Shown here in pieces: positions 36,577 to 46,449 of a stretch of DNA of 64,000 bases. The notes under the pieces are model-generated. The model had not been told where the DNA came from and did no database searches. It was given only the letters and a program-made list of their open reading frames with translations. Numbering within the stretch: position 1 is the stretch's first letter; the number at the start of each line of letters is the position of its first letter. This DNA comes from an uncultured Lachnospiraceae bacterium (GTDB taxonomy: Bacteria > Bacillota > Clostridia > Oscillospirales > CAG-272): the NCBI GenBank assembly GCA_964631595.1, contig CAZVXL010000004.1, positions 12,435-76,434 of the forward strand, in the 5' to 3' direction. The position numbers and the translations under genes were made by a program.

Positions 36577-38136
36577 TTATTTTGCTCCGCCGGCCTTTAC
36601 CTCGTCAAACTCTCTGCATATCTCCTCGGAGGGAGCGGGTGAGAGAAGTGACACAACAACGATGCACAGGCAGGAGAAGATGAACGCGGGGAGAAGCTCG
36701 TAAATATCGAAGATACCGCCGATGGGACGGATGAGCAGATTCCAGACGAATACCATTATGCCGCCGCCGAGCATACCGGCGATGGCACCGGATCTCGTGG
36801 TGCGCTTCCAGAAAAGGCTGAACAGCATCAAAGGTCCGAAGGTCGCTCCGAAGCCCGCCCAAGCAAAGCTTACAATGGTGAATATTACGCTGTCCTCGTC
36901 AAGGGAGATGAGGATCGCGATGACGGCGATAAGCGCAAGCGTTATACGTGATACGGTCATAACGCGCTTGTCGGAGGCATCCTTCTTGAAGATACCCTGA
37001 TATATGTTTTTGGCAAATGCCGATGCCGCGATCAGCAGATACGAGTCGGAGGAGCTGATCGTAGCGGCGAGGATACCCGCCATAACGAAGCCCGCGAGCA
37101 GGGGAGGAAGAAGATGCGTGGAAAGGGTGATGAATACGCTCTCCGCATCGGACTTCGTGAGAAGCTCAACGGGGAACAGCGTGCGTCCGACAAGACCGAT
37201 GAACACCGCAACTGTAAGGGAGATGACTACCCAAACGGTGGCGATGCGGCGCGAGCGGGTGAGCTCCTTCTCACTGCGGATAGCCATAAAGCGCAGGAGC
37301 ACCTGAGGCATACCGAAGTAGCCGAGGCCCCAAGCAGTGGTGGAGAGAATGGTCAGCAGACCGTACTGACCCGCCTCACCGAACAGCGGAGCATTGTTTG
37401 CTATCTGCTGAGTACCGTCGACCACGGTGGGAGTTGCTATTCCGAAGAAATCGAGGAAGCCGGGGATAGACCTTGCGTTGTCGAGGACTGCGCCGAGACC
37501 TCCGGCGGATATTGTTCCGAGAATGACGATGACGGTAAGCGCGATTATCATAACGATAGCCTGCATGAAGTCGGAGGCGCTCTCCGCGAGGAAGCCGCCG
37601 ATGAGGGTGTACAGCAGTACAAATACCGCACCGAGGATCATCATGGGAATGTAGGGCTGACCGAACAGAGTGGAGAACAGCTTACCGCAGGTGACAAAGC
37701 AGCTTGCGGCGTAAACCGTGAAGAATATCAGAATAAATGCCGCGGAGATGGTCATAACGATCTTCTTCTTCTCATGGAAACGGTTGGAGAAGAACTCGGG
37801 CAGGGTGATTGCTTCTCCCGCCTTTTCACTGTAGCGTCTGAGCCTCTTTGAAACTATCAGCCAGTTGAGATATGTACCGAGTGCGAGTCCGATGGCGGTC
37901 CATGCGGCGTCGGCTATACCGCACCAATAAGCAACTCCGGGAAGTCCCATGAGAAGCCAGCCTGACATATCCGAGGCTTCGGCACTCATAGCCGTTACCC
38001 ACGGGCCGAGGCTTCTGCCGCCGAGGAAAAACTCTCCCGAATTTTTGTTGGCACGCTTTGCGAATGCAAATCCGATAACGATGACCGATGCCATGTAGAG
38101 GAACATGGCAAACATGATCTGTGTCTTACTTCCCAT
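36577..38136 (-). CDS. putP: Sodium:solute symporter (SSF), PutP-like sodium/proline symporter
   Basis: 519 aa with about 13 TM segments and the SSF motifs FFLGGRSLGPWVTAMSAEASDMSGW. Confidence 0.8.
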   Translation of the reverse strand: MGSKTQIMFAMFLYMASVIVIGFAFAKRANKNSGEFFLGGRSLGPWVTAMSAEASDMSGWLLMGLPGVAYWCGIADAAWTAIGLALGTYLNWLIVSKRLRRYSEKAGEAITLPEFFSNRFHEKKKIVMTISAAFILIFFTVYAASCFVTCGKLFSTLFGQPYIPMMILGAVFVLLYTLIGGFLAESASDFMQAIVMIIALTVIVILGTISAGGLGAVLDNARSIPGFLDFFGIATPTVVDGTQQIANNAPLFGEAGQYGLLTILSTTAWGLGYFGMPQVLLRFMAIRSEKELTRSRRIATVWVVISLTVAVFIGLVGRTLFPVELLTKSDAESVFITLSTHLLPPLLAGFVMAGILAATISSSDSYLLIAASAFAKNIYQGIFKKDASDKRVMTVSRITLALIAVIAILISLDEDSVIFTIVSFAWAGFGATFGPLMLFSLFWKRTTRSGAIAGMLGGGIMVFVWNLLIRPIGGIFDIYELLPAFIFSCLCIVVVSLLSPAPSEEICREFDEVKAGGAK

Positions 38137-38193
38137 AGGGAACCTCCTTGAAGTACGGTTCGTTCACACGAAATGTATTTATTATTAAAAATA

Positions 38194-38222
38194 ATGATAC
38201 CATTTATCGCGGGATTTGTCAA
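38194..38222 (-). promoter_or_regulatory. Sigma-A promoter of putP
   Basis: On the minus strand: TTGACA, 17-nt spacer, TATCAT preceded by TGG. Confidence 0.55.
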
Positions 38223-38349
38223 TACGTTTTGCCGAGAAACGGCATCCTTCAAGCGAAATGAGAGGGTCGGTGCACTGCGAAAATGAGTGATAAATATAAG
38301 AAAATATGAATTTTTCATGAAAAACTTCGCAACACCGCGATAAAGGGCA

Positions 38350-38378
38350 TTGACACGGGCGCCGATATATGGTAGAAT
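38350..38378 (+). promoter_or_regulatory. Sigma-A promoter of the TetR-family gene
   Basis: TTGACA, 17-nt spacer, TAGAAT preceded by TGG. Confidence 0.55.
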
Positions 38379-38412
38379 TTATTAAACGCAATACATGATA
38401 AGGAGTATCGAA

Positions 38413-39027
38413 ATGGCAGGAAGAACTCGTAACGAGGTAGAATGGAACAACAGAAGAAATGAGATTATGGAGCAATGCTATGAGTGCTATGCCGAGCACG
38501 GTCTGCACGGTACTGGTATAAAGCTGCTTGCTACATATTGCGGCTGTACCTCTGCGAATCTTTATGCTTATTTTAAGAGTATAGATGACATTATAATCGA
38601 GTCTACCGAATACTGCATGGGCAAGGTGGAGAGCGATTTCATGCAAAAGGCTCCCACCGATATCGAGGAGCTGTGGCGCTTCATAGATGAGATCCCGTAC
38701 TGGACTGCACGTACTCACGGCAGGAAGTACCGCTTGATGTATCAGATATACACGCATCCGAAGTACAGAGAGTACGGCAAAGAGTTCTTTGCGGGAGTGG
38801 ATCAAAGATACACGGAATATGCAAAGCAGCTTGAGGGCAAGCTCGGTATCCCGTATCAAAAGCTGACTTCCCTCATATTTATCCTCATCCGCGCCTGCGT
38901 TCATTACGCGCTGTTTGAGGATGAGTTTTACCTGAAGGCACAGGTCGAGGTGCTGAAGGAGAGTCTTGAGATGTTCGTGATGAAGTACAATCCCAAGGCT
39001 TCCGAAGCCGTAGCTGCCGCAAAATAA
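38413..39027 (+). CDS. TetR/AcrR-family transcriptional regulator
   Basis: N-terminal HTH (GLHGTGIKLLATYCGCTSANLYAYFKS). AAGGAG RBS before the ATG at 38413. Confidence 0.75.
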   Translation: MAGRTRNEVEWNNRRNEIMEQCYECYAEHGLHGTGIKLLATYCGCTSANLYAYFKSIDDIIIESTEYCMGKVESDFMQKAPTDIEELWRFIDEIPYWTARTHGRKYRLMYQIYTHPKYREYGKEFFAGVDQRYTEYAKQLEGKLGIPYQKLTSLIFILIRACVHYALFEDEFYLKAQVEVLKESLEMFVMKYNPKASEAVAAAK

Positions 39028-39085
39028 GAATATTTTGAGATCTTCACGTCAAGGCTTCGGCTTGAGGATCTCCCGCGAATAGCAG

Positions 39086-39126
39086 CGCCTCCCGCGACAC
39101 GGCAGAACCGTCACGGGAGGCGTTTT
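39086..39126 (+). terminator. Intrinsic terminator (tetR-family gene)
   Basis: CGCCTCCCG...CGGGAGGCG stem followed by TTTT. Confidence 0.6.
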
Positions 39127-39279
39127 CCGTAAGCACGAGGATCCCGATGAGGATCGGATGAGCTCGCAAAAGCGCCTCGGGAGAGGGAATTTCCGAGCTC
39201 GGTCTGTCGGAGCGTGTCTGCCGCATTGCTTGCGACTCGGTACGGCTTCTCTGTAATGCTTTGAATATTTTCGGTAAAG

Positions 39280-39311
39280 TGCACTCTGCAGCCTCCGCAG
39301 AGTGCATTTTT
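39280..39311 (+). terminator. Second, strong intrinsic terminator in the same spacer
   Basis: TGCACTCTGC-AGCCTCC-GCAGAGTGCA: a perfect 10-bp stem followed by TTTTT. Confidence 0.65.
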
Positions 39312-39418
39312 GGTATCCGCCTTTCCGTAAAGGATCCGCCTGCCCCATCCGTTTCGTGAGATGCATAAGCCTTGCACGGCGGGGAACAATAACAAAAACA
39401 GTTGTCGGGGGATATGCG

Positions 39419-40846
39419 ATGAAGGGGACGGGCGATACGCTTTGCGGCGATTTTTCGGCGGATACGGAAAAGCTTGACAGTATGCTACGCGTCAAGGAGA
39501 GCTTTGACATAATCAAGCGTGAGCTGTGCATTGCCGAAAAAAGGATAGCCATGTACTATATTGACGGCTTCGTGAAGGCGGAGATGATGCAGAAGCTGAT
39601 GCTCTATCTGGTGACGGTGAAGGATTTCGGAGACGGCTCGGATACGGCGGCGAAGCGCTTTGCCGAGACCTCGGTGCCGAGCGTTGAGGTCGATGTCTCA
39701 GATTCGCTTGACGCACTCATCACGGCGGTGCTTGCGGGATGCACGGCGTTTTTGGCGGAGGGCTTTGGAAAAAACGCGATAATCATCGATGCTCGGACGT
39801 ATCCGGCGAGAAGCCCCGATGAGCCCGAAAACGACCGAGTGATGCGCGGCAGTCGCGACGGCTTTGTGGAGACGATGATATTCAACACCGCGCTTATCCG
39901 CAGGAGGATAAGAGATCCGGAGCTGACTGTCGAATATATATCCGCGGGTACAAAGAGCAGGACGGATATGGCGCTGTGCTATATGGCGGGCACGGCTGAT
40001 GCGGAATATGTGAATGAGCTGCGCGAGAGGCTTAGGGGGCTGGAGACTGATTCACTTGTTATGGGACACCGAAGCGTGGCGGAGAGCCTTATTCGCAAAA
40101 AGTGGTATAATCCGTTTCCGAAGCTGCGCTCCACAGAGCGCCCCGATGCGGCAGCGGCATCTATCCTCGAGGGGAGCGTTGTGCTGATCTGCGATAACAG
40201 TCCGGAGGCGATGATATTCCCGACCACGATATTCGATTTTCTTCAGGAGACCGACGATTACTATTTCCCGCCGCTGACGGGAACATACCTGCGTATCGTA
40301 AGACACGTAGTATTTCTGATGACGATGCTCCTTACGCCGCTGTGGTATCTGCTCCTCGTGAACGAGGCGTATCTGCCGGAGTGGATGAGCTTTATTATCC
40401 CGAGAGATTCCGGAGAGATTCCGATAATAATACAGCTATTTCTGACCGAATTTGCCCTCGACGGCTTAAAGCTTGCCTCGCTCAATACGCCGAGCGTGCT
40501 GTCGAATTCGCTGTCCGTGGTGGGTGCGCTCCTTTTGGGGGATTTCGCAGTGCAGGTGGGGTGGCTTTCGGCGGATGTCATTTTTTATATGGCGTTCGTG
40601 TCCATCGCAAACTTTACGCAGTCGAGCTATGAGCTCGGCTATGCCTTCAAGTATATCCGAATGCTGCTCCTGCTTCTCACCGCACTTCTCGGCACGTGGG
40701 GCTTTGTGCTCGGTATCGCGGTCGCTATCGTTCTTGCGGCGACAAACAATAACACGGTGAACGGCAAAAGAAGCTATCTCTATCCGCTGATACCGTTCAA
40801 TAAGGAAGCTATGGCGCGCCTTTTGTTCCGACTGAAAAAGCGCTGA
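39419..40846 (+). CDS. GerA-family spore germination protein (A subunit / SpoVAF-like)
   Basis: About 475 aa. A soluble N-domain (YYIDGF..., DARTYPARSPDEPENDRVMRGSRDGFVE) followed by 5-6 TM segments. The ATG at 39419 is preferred over the track start at 39302. Confidence 0.8.
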   Translation: MKGTGDTLCGDFSADTEKLDSMLRVKESFDIIKRELCIAEKRIAMYYIDGFVKAEMMQKLMLYLVTVKDFGDGSDTAAKRFAETSVPSVEVDVSDSLDALITAVLAGCTAFLAEGFGKNAIIIDARTYPARSPDEPENDRVMRGSRDGFVETMIFNTALIRRRIRDPELTVEYISAGTKSRTDMALCYMAGTADAEYVNELRERLRGLETDSLVMGHRSVAESLIRKKWYNPFPKLRSTERPDAAAASILEGSVVLICDNSPEAMIFPTTIFDFLQETDDYYFPPLTGTYLRIVRHVVFLMTMLLTPLWYLLLVNEAYLPEWMSFIIPRDSGEIPIIIQLFLTEFALDGLKLASLNTPSVLSNSLSVVGALLLGDFAVQVGWLSADVIFYMAFVSIANFTQSSYELGYAFKYIRMLLLLLTALLGTWGFVLGIAVAIVLAATNNNTVNGKRSYLYPLIPFNKEAMARLLFRLKKR

Positions 40847-40850
40847 AAAA

Positions 40851-40879
40851 AGCAGGTACACCGTGCTTCGGTGTACCTG
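40851..40879. terminator. Bidirectional terminator
   Basis: GCAGGTACACC-GTGCTTC-GGTGTACCTGC. Confidence 0.7.
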
Positions 40880-40887
40880 CCTTCGTT

Positions 40888-41268
40888 TTAACTGTCACCC
40901 TCCGGAAAAGCCATGTCAAAGAGCTCAACCGCACGGCTGAAGCGCTGTGTGAGCCACAGATGACCCATAAGAGCCTCAAGTCCGGTGGCACGTCTGTAAT
41001 CCGCGGCGGTGGCGCTTTTCGGTACATTGCCGTGAACGCAGTTGCGCCCGCGCTTGTACACCGCCAGCTCCTCCTCGGTCAGCGCCTCCTCTATCCTTCC
41101 GAATGCGGCAGATTGCGCCGCCGCCGTGACAAAGGGAAGCACGTAATTTCCGGGATGACCTGCCCCGAGCGGTGCTGTGATGAGCCTTTGACGTGCGATC
41201 AGCTCATAAACGGCGTCGCCTATGTAGGCAAGGCTTGCCGCGGAAACGGATTCCGGTTTAATCTCCAT
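40888..41268 (-). CDS. mrnC: Mini-ribonuclease 3
   Basis: 126 aa with LAYIGDAVYEL and YRRATGLEALMG. Confidence 0.85.
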   Translation of the reverse strand: MEIKPESVSAASLAYIGDAVYELIARQRLITAPLGAGHPGNYVLPFVTAAAQSAAFGRIEEALTEEELAVYKRGRNCVHGNVPKSATAADYRRATGLEALMGHLWLTQRFSRAVELFDMAFPEGDS

Positions 41269-41270
41269 TG

Positions 41271-44200
41271 TTATATGATCCTCTTTATGTATCTGTACTT
41301 GATTTTTTCGAAAACGCTCAGTCCGGCATAAGCGGAGACGGTGAGCCTGTCGGTGAAATCGGCAAGAACGTACATCTCCTCGGGGGTGAGTCCGTGACCG
41401 AACTCTACCTTGGCGATAAGCTCGAATATCCGGGAGACGGAGTAGCTTGTGATTCCGCCGAAATCGTTTTCAAGCCGAGCGGCGTAGCTGCTGTACTGCT
41501 CACCCGTGTTCGGGGGATATCCCAAAAGCCTCAGCAGACGGAGCACCGTGTCGTCAAATTCCTTCGCGATCGGCAGAGTATCAAGCTTGCCGCTTCGCAG
41601 AAGCTCCGTGTCCATCGCCGTTATTATGTGGCGATGCCTGTCGGCAACGGCGTTTTCCGCCTTTTTGACAATGTGGCGGATTACGAGCTTTGCGACGAGG
41701 AACAGCAGTGCGGCGGCGAGGGCACATATGATGACTATTGCCGCAATATAAAGCGGGTTCGTGGGCTCCTCCTCCACTTCCTCCTCGGGTACCACGATCT
41801 CGTCGGGAAGCTCCTCCACGACGTCGTCCGGCACCTCGGGCTCGGGCTCGGGAATCGGCTCCTCCTCGGGTACCTCGGGCTCGGGCGGAGTCGGGTCTGC
41901 GATCTCACCGCCGTCGCTCTCCTCGGCTTCGATCGGCTTATACATCTGCTCCATGTAATCGGGCACAGTTTCATAAGCGACCCAGCCGATCATGGGGTAG
42001 TATACCTCGATCCAAGCATGAGCGTTGCTGTCAAGTGCAAAGCCCTTGTATTTGGCGGGAGCACCCTCGGAATAATTGCGGGCAAAATCGTTTACGAGAT
42101 AGCCCTCACAGTACCTTACGGAATAGCCGTATTCGCGCAGAAGCGCGGCTGCCGCAGTGGCAAAGTGGGAGCAGTATCCGTTCTTGGTCTCGGAGAGGAA
42201 GGAGTCAAGCACTGTCATCTCGGTCTCACCTGTATACGGAGTCGGCTCAAGCGTGTAGGTGTAGCCCTCGCTCAGATGATCTATCACCGTCATGACAACA
42301 TCGTGCTGATTTACAGTCGCACCGTGCTTGTTCTCGTAGATCGGAGTGCTGCCGCTCACCCTTGTGTTGCGGGTGTAGCCCGCATCGTCAAGCAGCTTTT
42401 CGGCAAGCTGTGTTACGGTAGCGCTGTATACGGGACTGCTGTAGTGGAGATATGCCCACTCACGGTAGTCATCCTCGATCTCCGTGAATTTCAGAAGCCG
42501 CTCTACTTCCGCCGCGCGCTCCTCGGGAGACATTGCGATGTATTGGGCGAGAAGCGAATCTCCGACGCGCTCGGGATAGCCGTAGCGCTTACATTCCTCA
42601 AGGAACAGTCTGTCAAGGTCGGACAGATCCGTCATGGAGATGTTGACCGTGCCCCTGCCGGTGTCGTATTTCCGCAGCTCCTCCGATTTTTGAGCCTCAA
42701 GCACGCGAACCGCATCGTCGCATATCTCCGTGTACTTTAAGAACAGCTTGAAATATTCGATGCTTCCGGTGAGACCGGCGCTGACGTTTGCGCCGTTCAG
42801 CTTCGATGTGAAGGATACGGTGCTGTAATCCACGTCGGACTTGAAGAAGCGTGAGGAATAGATCGAATCGAAGTAGGGAGAGTATTTTGCGGCGTTGCTC
42901 TCGAGAGAGTCATAGCCGAGTATGCCGAGATCGCTGTTGACAGTGGGCGGAGCGTAGATTATAAGGCTCTCCCCGTTGATCCGCCTGATGTGTATCTGAC
43001 GGACGTCGAAGCCGTAGTTTGAGAATCTCAGCGCGGGATTCTTGTCGGTAATGTTTACCGAGGTCGGGAACATATATCCGAGAAATTCGGTTTTAAGCGT
43101 ATCGGGCGTAAAGCTTTTTCCGAACAGCTTGCGGTATTCCACAACATCCTCCGACGTGCCGGAGGTCCACGTGCCCGTGTCTCTGTCAAAGCTCATGCCG
43201 ATCCAGCCTCGGAGATACACGGGATCCGCGCGTTCCGTTTCCACGGCGAGCATCTGGATCTCCTTGTACTCGGGAGAATCGTAGGTGAGCGTACGCGGAG
43301 TGAGCTCCGCCACGTTGCCCATGTTGTTGAGGTCTATGTCATCGCCTCGGAGATATGCGGTGACATACTCACGGGCGACCGATACGGGATCGTTTATGAA
43401 ATCAATTGTGAGAAAATTACCCGAGACGGTGGCAAAGGGAAGCCATACCGCGCAAGCCGCGAGGATCACGGCGGTGCCTCCCGCATATCCGCTGGCGGAC
43501 AGTGTTTTGCGTACAAGAGATTCGGCGCTGTTTCTTTCGCGGCGCTTTTCGCGCTCTGCGTCGGCTTTGACTTTTTTCTCCGCCTTTCTTTCGGCGGCAC
43601 GGCGAGCCTTGGCTTCCTTCGGGAGCGCGGCAAATTCCTTCTTTTCCCTGCGACGCGCGAGCTTTTCCGCCTTTCTTTCGGCAACCTTTGCTTTTGCGGC
43701 GGCTCTCTTTTCGCTCTTTTCTTTCTTTTTGATATCCTTTAGGCGGTCCTTTTCCGCTTTACGTGCAGCCGCCTTCTTCTTTTTGTCGAGAGTGTATACG
43801 GAGGAACGGGCAAGACGTGCCTCCTTTTTCTCTCCGGTCAGCTCAAGGGAGATGGCGTATGCCTTGGCGGCGGCGCGCTTGAGGGCGGCTTTTTCCGCCT
43901 TTTTCGCAAGACGCTTTTCGCGCTTTGCCTTCTTTTTCGCCGCCTTCCTTTCCTTGCGCTCGATGCGCCTTGCCTCATAATTGCTGAATTTTCTCTCGTA
44001 GAGGAGCAGAGCTATCTCACCGAGAATAAATATCAGAACGAGCGATACGCCGGCGTTCCCGCGTGTCAGGTTGTACATGAATACGGGGACGATCACGACG
44101 ACACTCAAAATGACGGCGAAGACGGTATGCACCTTGCGGAGAAGGGAGAATGCGAGAATTATCGCTATGACTGCGGCAAGCACGGCACAGCCGACATCGG

Positions 44201-44723
44201 TCACAAGCGAATCCGCCGCGCAGTATGAGGCGGATCCGACGGTGTATTCACCGAAGGCAGTGTAGCCGAGCTCCACCATGTGCATCAGCGCGGTGTTGAT
44301 GAGACAGCGCACACCGTCGTATATCAGCAGAAACGGATTTGACGACAGTGCGGCGAGCACGGCGACCCCGAAAACGGCGCCGCCGAGCGGAACGAGAAGC
44401 CGTGTACGGCTGTTCCACGCAGATGCGGAGCAGAGAACGGTCAAAATGAGAGATGCGAGTGCAAGAGCGGGAATACTTCCGCTGCCGCCGTCTCCGTAGA
44501 TGCCGATTCCGTCTCCGACAAACAGTGTGAGCCCGAATACGCCGCAGAACAGCACGAGCGAGCGAAGCACCCAGCCGATGAGATAGAGGGGCAGGGACAG
44601 CTCCGCGCCCGGCCTGCACAGGATCGGCAGGAGGGGCGAGGGCTTTGCGCCTCTGCGAGCCTTCTTGACCGAGGTGCGGCGGCGCTTGTCTGCGGTCTTC
44701 TTTCGTGTTTTTATATTCTTCAT
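41271..44723 (-). CDS. Large transglutaminase-like (TgpA-type) membrane protein
   Basis: 1150 aa. N-terminal TM bundle, a ~150-aa K/R/A/E-rich insert, a Cys-His-Asp core (NGYCSHFATAAA...AHAWIEVY), an acidic Pro/Glu tract and a C-terminal TM. Confidence 0.8.
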   Translation of the reverse strand: MKNIKTRKKTADKRRRTSVKKARRGAKPSPLLPILCRPGAELSLPLYLIGWVLRSLVLFCGVFGLTLFVGDGIGIYGDGGSGSIPALALASLILTVLCSASAWNSRTRLLVPLGGAVFGVAVLAALSSNPFLLIYDGVRCLINTALMHMVELGYTAFGEYTVGSASYCAADSLVTDVGCAVLAAVIAIILAFSLLRKVHTVFAVILSVVVIVPVFMYNLTRGNAGVSLVLIFILGEIALLLYERKFSNYEARRIERKERKAAKKKAKREKRLAKKAEKAALKRAAAKAYAISLELTGEKKEARLARSSVYTLDKKKKAAARKAEKDRLKDIKKKEKSEKRAAAKAKVAERKAEKLARRREKKEFAALPKEAKARRAAERKAEKKVKADAEREKRRERNSAESLVRKTLSASGYAGGTAVILAACAVWLPFATVSGNFLTIDFINDPVSVAREYVTAYLRGDDIDLNNMGNVAELTPRTLTYDSPEYKEIQMLAVETERADPVYLRGWIGMSFDRDTGTWTSGTSEDVVEYRKLFGKSFTPDTLKTEFLGYMFPTSVNITDKNPALRFSNYGFDVRQIHIRRINGESLIIYAPPTVNSDLGILGYDSLESNAAKYSPYFDSIYSSRFFKSDVDYSTVSFTSKLNGANVSAGLTGSIEYFKLFLKYTEICDDAVRVLEAQKSEELRKYDTGRGTVNISMTDLSDLDRLFLEECKRYGYPERVGDSLLAQYIAMSPEERAAEVERLLKFTEIEDDYREWAYLHYSSPVYSATVTQLAEKLLDDAGYTRNTRVSGSTPIYENKHGATVNQHDVVMTVIDHLSEGYTYTLEPTPYTGETEMTVLDSFLSETKNGYCSHFATAAAALLREYGYSVRYCEGYLVNDFARNYSEGAPAKYKGFALDSNAHAWIEVYYPMIGWVAYETVPDYMEQMYKPIEAEESDGGEIADPTPPEPEVPEEEPIPEPEPEVPDDVVEELPDEIVVPEEEVEEEPTNPLYIAAIVIICALAAALLFLVAKLVIRHIVKKAENAVADRHRHIITAMDTELLRSGKLDTLPIAKEFDDTVLRLLRLLGYPPNTGEQYSSYAARLENDFGGITSYSVSRIFELIAKVEFGHGLTPEEMYVLADFTDRLTVSAYAGLSVFEKIKYRYIKRII

Positions 44724-44749
44724 TTACAGATAGTGCCTTTCAGTTAAGC

Positions 44750-46414
44750 TCAAATGGCGGAGGTGAAGCGAAGTCCTCCGTCGGCTCCCGCTTCCGCCGA
44801 GAATTGCCTTGTACCGATGCCGCTTCGCGCGAGCTCCGCGCTCATCGCTCTTGCGGAGACCGCTCTGTCGGCTTCATTTGCCCAAATGCCGCTCGGAGAG
44901 GCGATAAGCACCTCTGCGATACATCCCGAGCCGGCACCGCCGAAGGCGGCGGGAATTTGAGAAAATACGGCGGCGGAGTTGAGATCGGTGTTGGCGCTGA
45001 CGATGCGGAGCGTGACTCCCGACGATTGATCTATCGCCATGGCGAGCTTTGAGAATACAAGACTGTCCCTGCACACCGGCGCGGTGTAGAATCGCAGGAG
45101 AGACGGATCCTCGTGGATATCACTTGCGCTTGACAGCACGCCGATCCCGTTTTCCGAGCGACTGTCGGGGTACAGAACGGTACACGCCGAGCCGCGTCTG
45201 ACCTCGTGGCGCATAACGGAGAGAGCAAGCTCTATCGCACTGTCGGCGGCAAGCTCACCTGCATACGGCAGCTTATCCCGATCGAACTTGGACGGCTTCT
45301 TTCGGATCACGTCGCCGTCACCGTCGCATATCGCAACGGCAAGTCGCGCTATCCGCTCGGCATTGCCGCGACGGATGTGGCGGGCACCCCTTCGGGTGGC
45401 GATCTCGGAGACGTTCATCCCGTCTTCCGTGTCGGTATCCGCTATAAGGGCGAGCTTCTCGTCGGTAACGCCGAGTGCGGCAAGCCTGTCGGCTATATCG
45501 CCCGAGCCGCCCGTGCTCTCACTTCCTCCGGCATCTCCGACGGATTTTGCCGATGCGACGGCGGCACTTTGCTCCGCCTTGCCTCTGCGCCGCCGCTTCC
45601 GCTTGCCCGTGTCCGATTGCTTCTTCGGGGCGGCGGGGGCGTAGGCATCCTCTCCCGCAAAGGAAAGGTCACAGAGTATGTAGGTGTGATTGTCGGTATT
45701 TGAGGAAAAGCTTTTTACCTGAAGCTCATCCGATTTTGAGGACAGCTTCCAGTGTATGTTCTTTATGGGGTCGCCGGCGACGTAGCCTCGGATATCCGAG
45801 GGCTCGGCGTATTCCGCCGAATCGGAGCGTTTGACCGCCGAGGTCGGCAGATCCGTGTCGGAGCTGTCGGAATCCGCCGCCATCGCGATGCTTCTCGGAT
45901 AAACGATGACGGTGCGGTGAAGCTCAAGCTTCAGCTCGGTGCGGAACAGCCCGAATACGTCACCGATGTAGAGGTATTTCACGCCGATATCGTATGAGCC
46001 TCTGAGAGGAAAGCTGACCTTGCTGCTGATAATGTGCGCTCCCATAGGCACAAGAGTGATCCGCATAAGCTCATCGCGGCATACCGCCGCATTCTCCGAC
46101 GGCAGAGTGACCACCGTCTCAACAAACGGGAAGGGAATAGGGGTTTCATTGATGAGCTTTATCTCGTAGCTGACGGGCTGCCCCTTGTCTACCCGAGTGT
46201 TGTCACATTCCGTGTAGACCTTGATGCCGGCTCTTGCGATAATAAGGTAGAGGATCGACAGCACGGGAATGATGAGCAGGAATATAAACAGTATCGCGGA
46301 GGCGGGAGAGCGGAGCGCCTGAGTGAAGACGAGGCTCACCGCAAGCAGCAATACGTATATAAGAGTGCCGACTCTCGGTGCGAGAAACCGTGGTTTTTTG
46401 TTCTTTGTGTTCAT
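44750..46414 (-). CDS. DUF58-family protein
   Basis: 554 aa. N-terminal 2 TM, IRGYVAGDPIKNIHWKLSSKSDELQVKSF motif. It lies between the MoxR and transglutaminase genes. Confidence 0.8.
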   Translation of the reverse strand: MNTKNKKPRFLAPRVGTLIYVLLLAVSLVFTQALRSPASAILFIFLLIIPVLSILYLIIARAGIKVYTECDNTRVDKGQPVSYEIKLINETPIPFPFVETVVTLPSENAAVCRDELMRITLVPMGAHIISSKVSFPLRGSYDIGVKYLYIGDVFGLFRTELKLELHRTVIVYPRSIAMAADSDSSDTDLPTSAVKRSDSAEYAEPSDIRGYVAGDPIKNIHWKLSSKSDELQVKSFSSNTDNHTYILCDLSFAGEDAYAPAAPKKQSDTGKRKRRRRGKAEQSAAVASAKSVGDAGGSESTGGSGDIADRLAALGVTDEKLALIADTDTEDGMNVSEIATRRGARHIRRGNAERIARLAVAICDGDGDVIRKKPSKFDRDKLPYAGELAADSAIELALSVMRHEVRRGSACTVLYPDSRSENGIGVLSSASDIHEDPSLLRFYTAPVCRDSLVFSKLAMAIDQSSGVTLRIVSANTDLNSAAVFSQIPAAFGGAGSGCIAEVLIASPSGIWANEADRAVSARAMSAELARSGIGTRQFSAEAGADGGLRFTSAI

Positions 46415-46449
46415 GTGCTATTATCCGCTTTTCTTAGGATTTTGGGCAC

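Noticed and set aside
41268-42740. 490-aa ORF antisense to the transglutaminase-like gene (also 43285-43980, 231 aa)
   Set aside because: These are shadow ORFs in a GC-rich, low-complexity coding region. The sense strand carries the Cys-His-Asp transglutaminase core and coherent TM topology.
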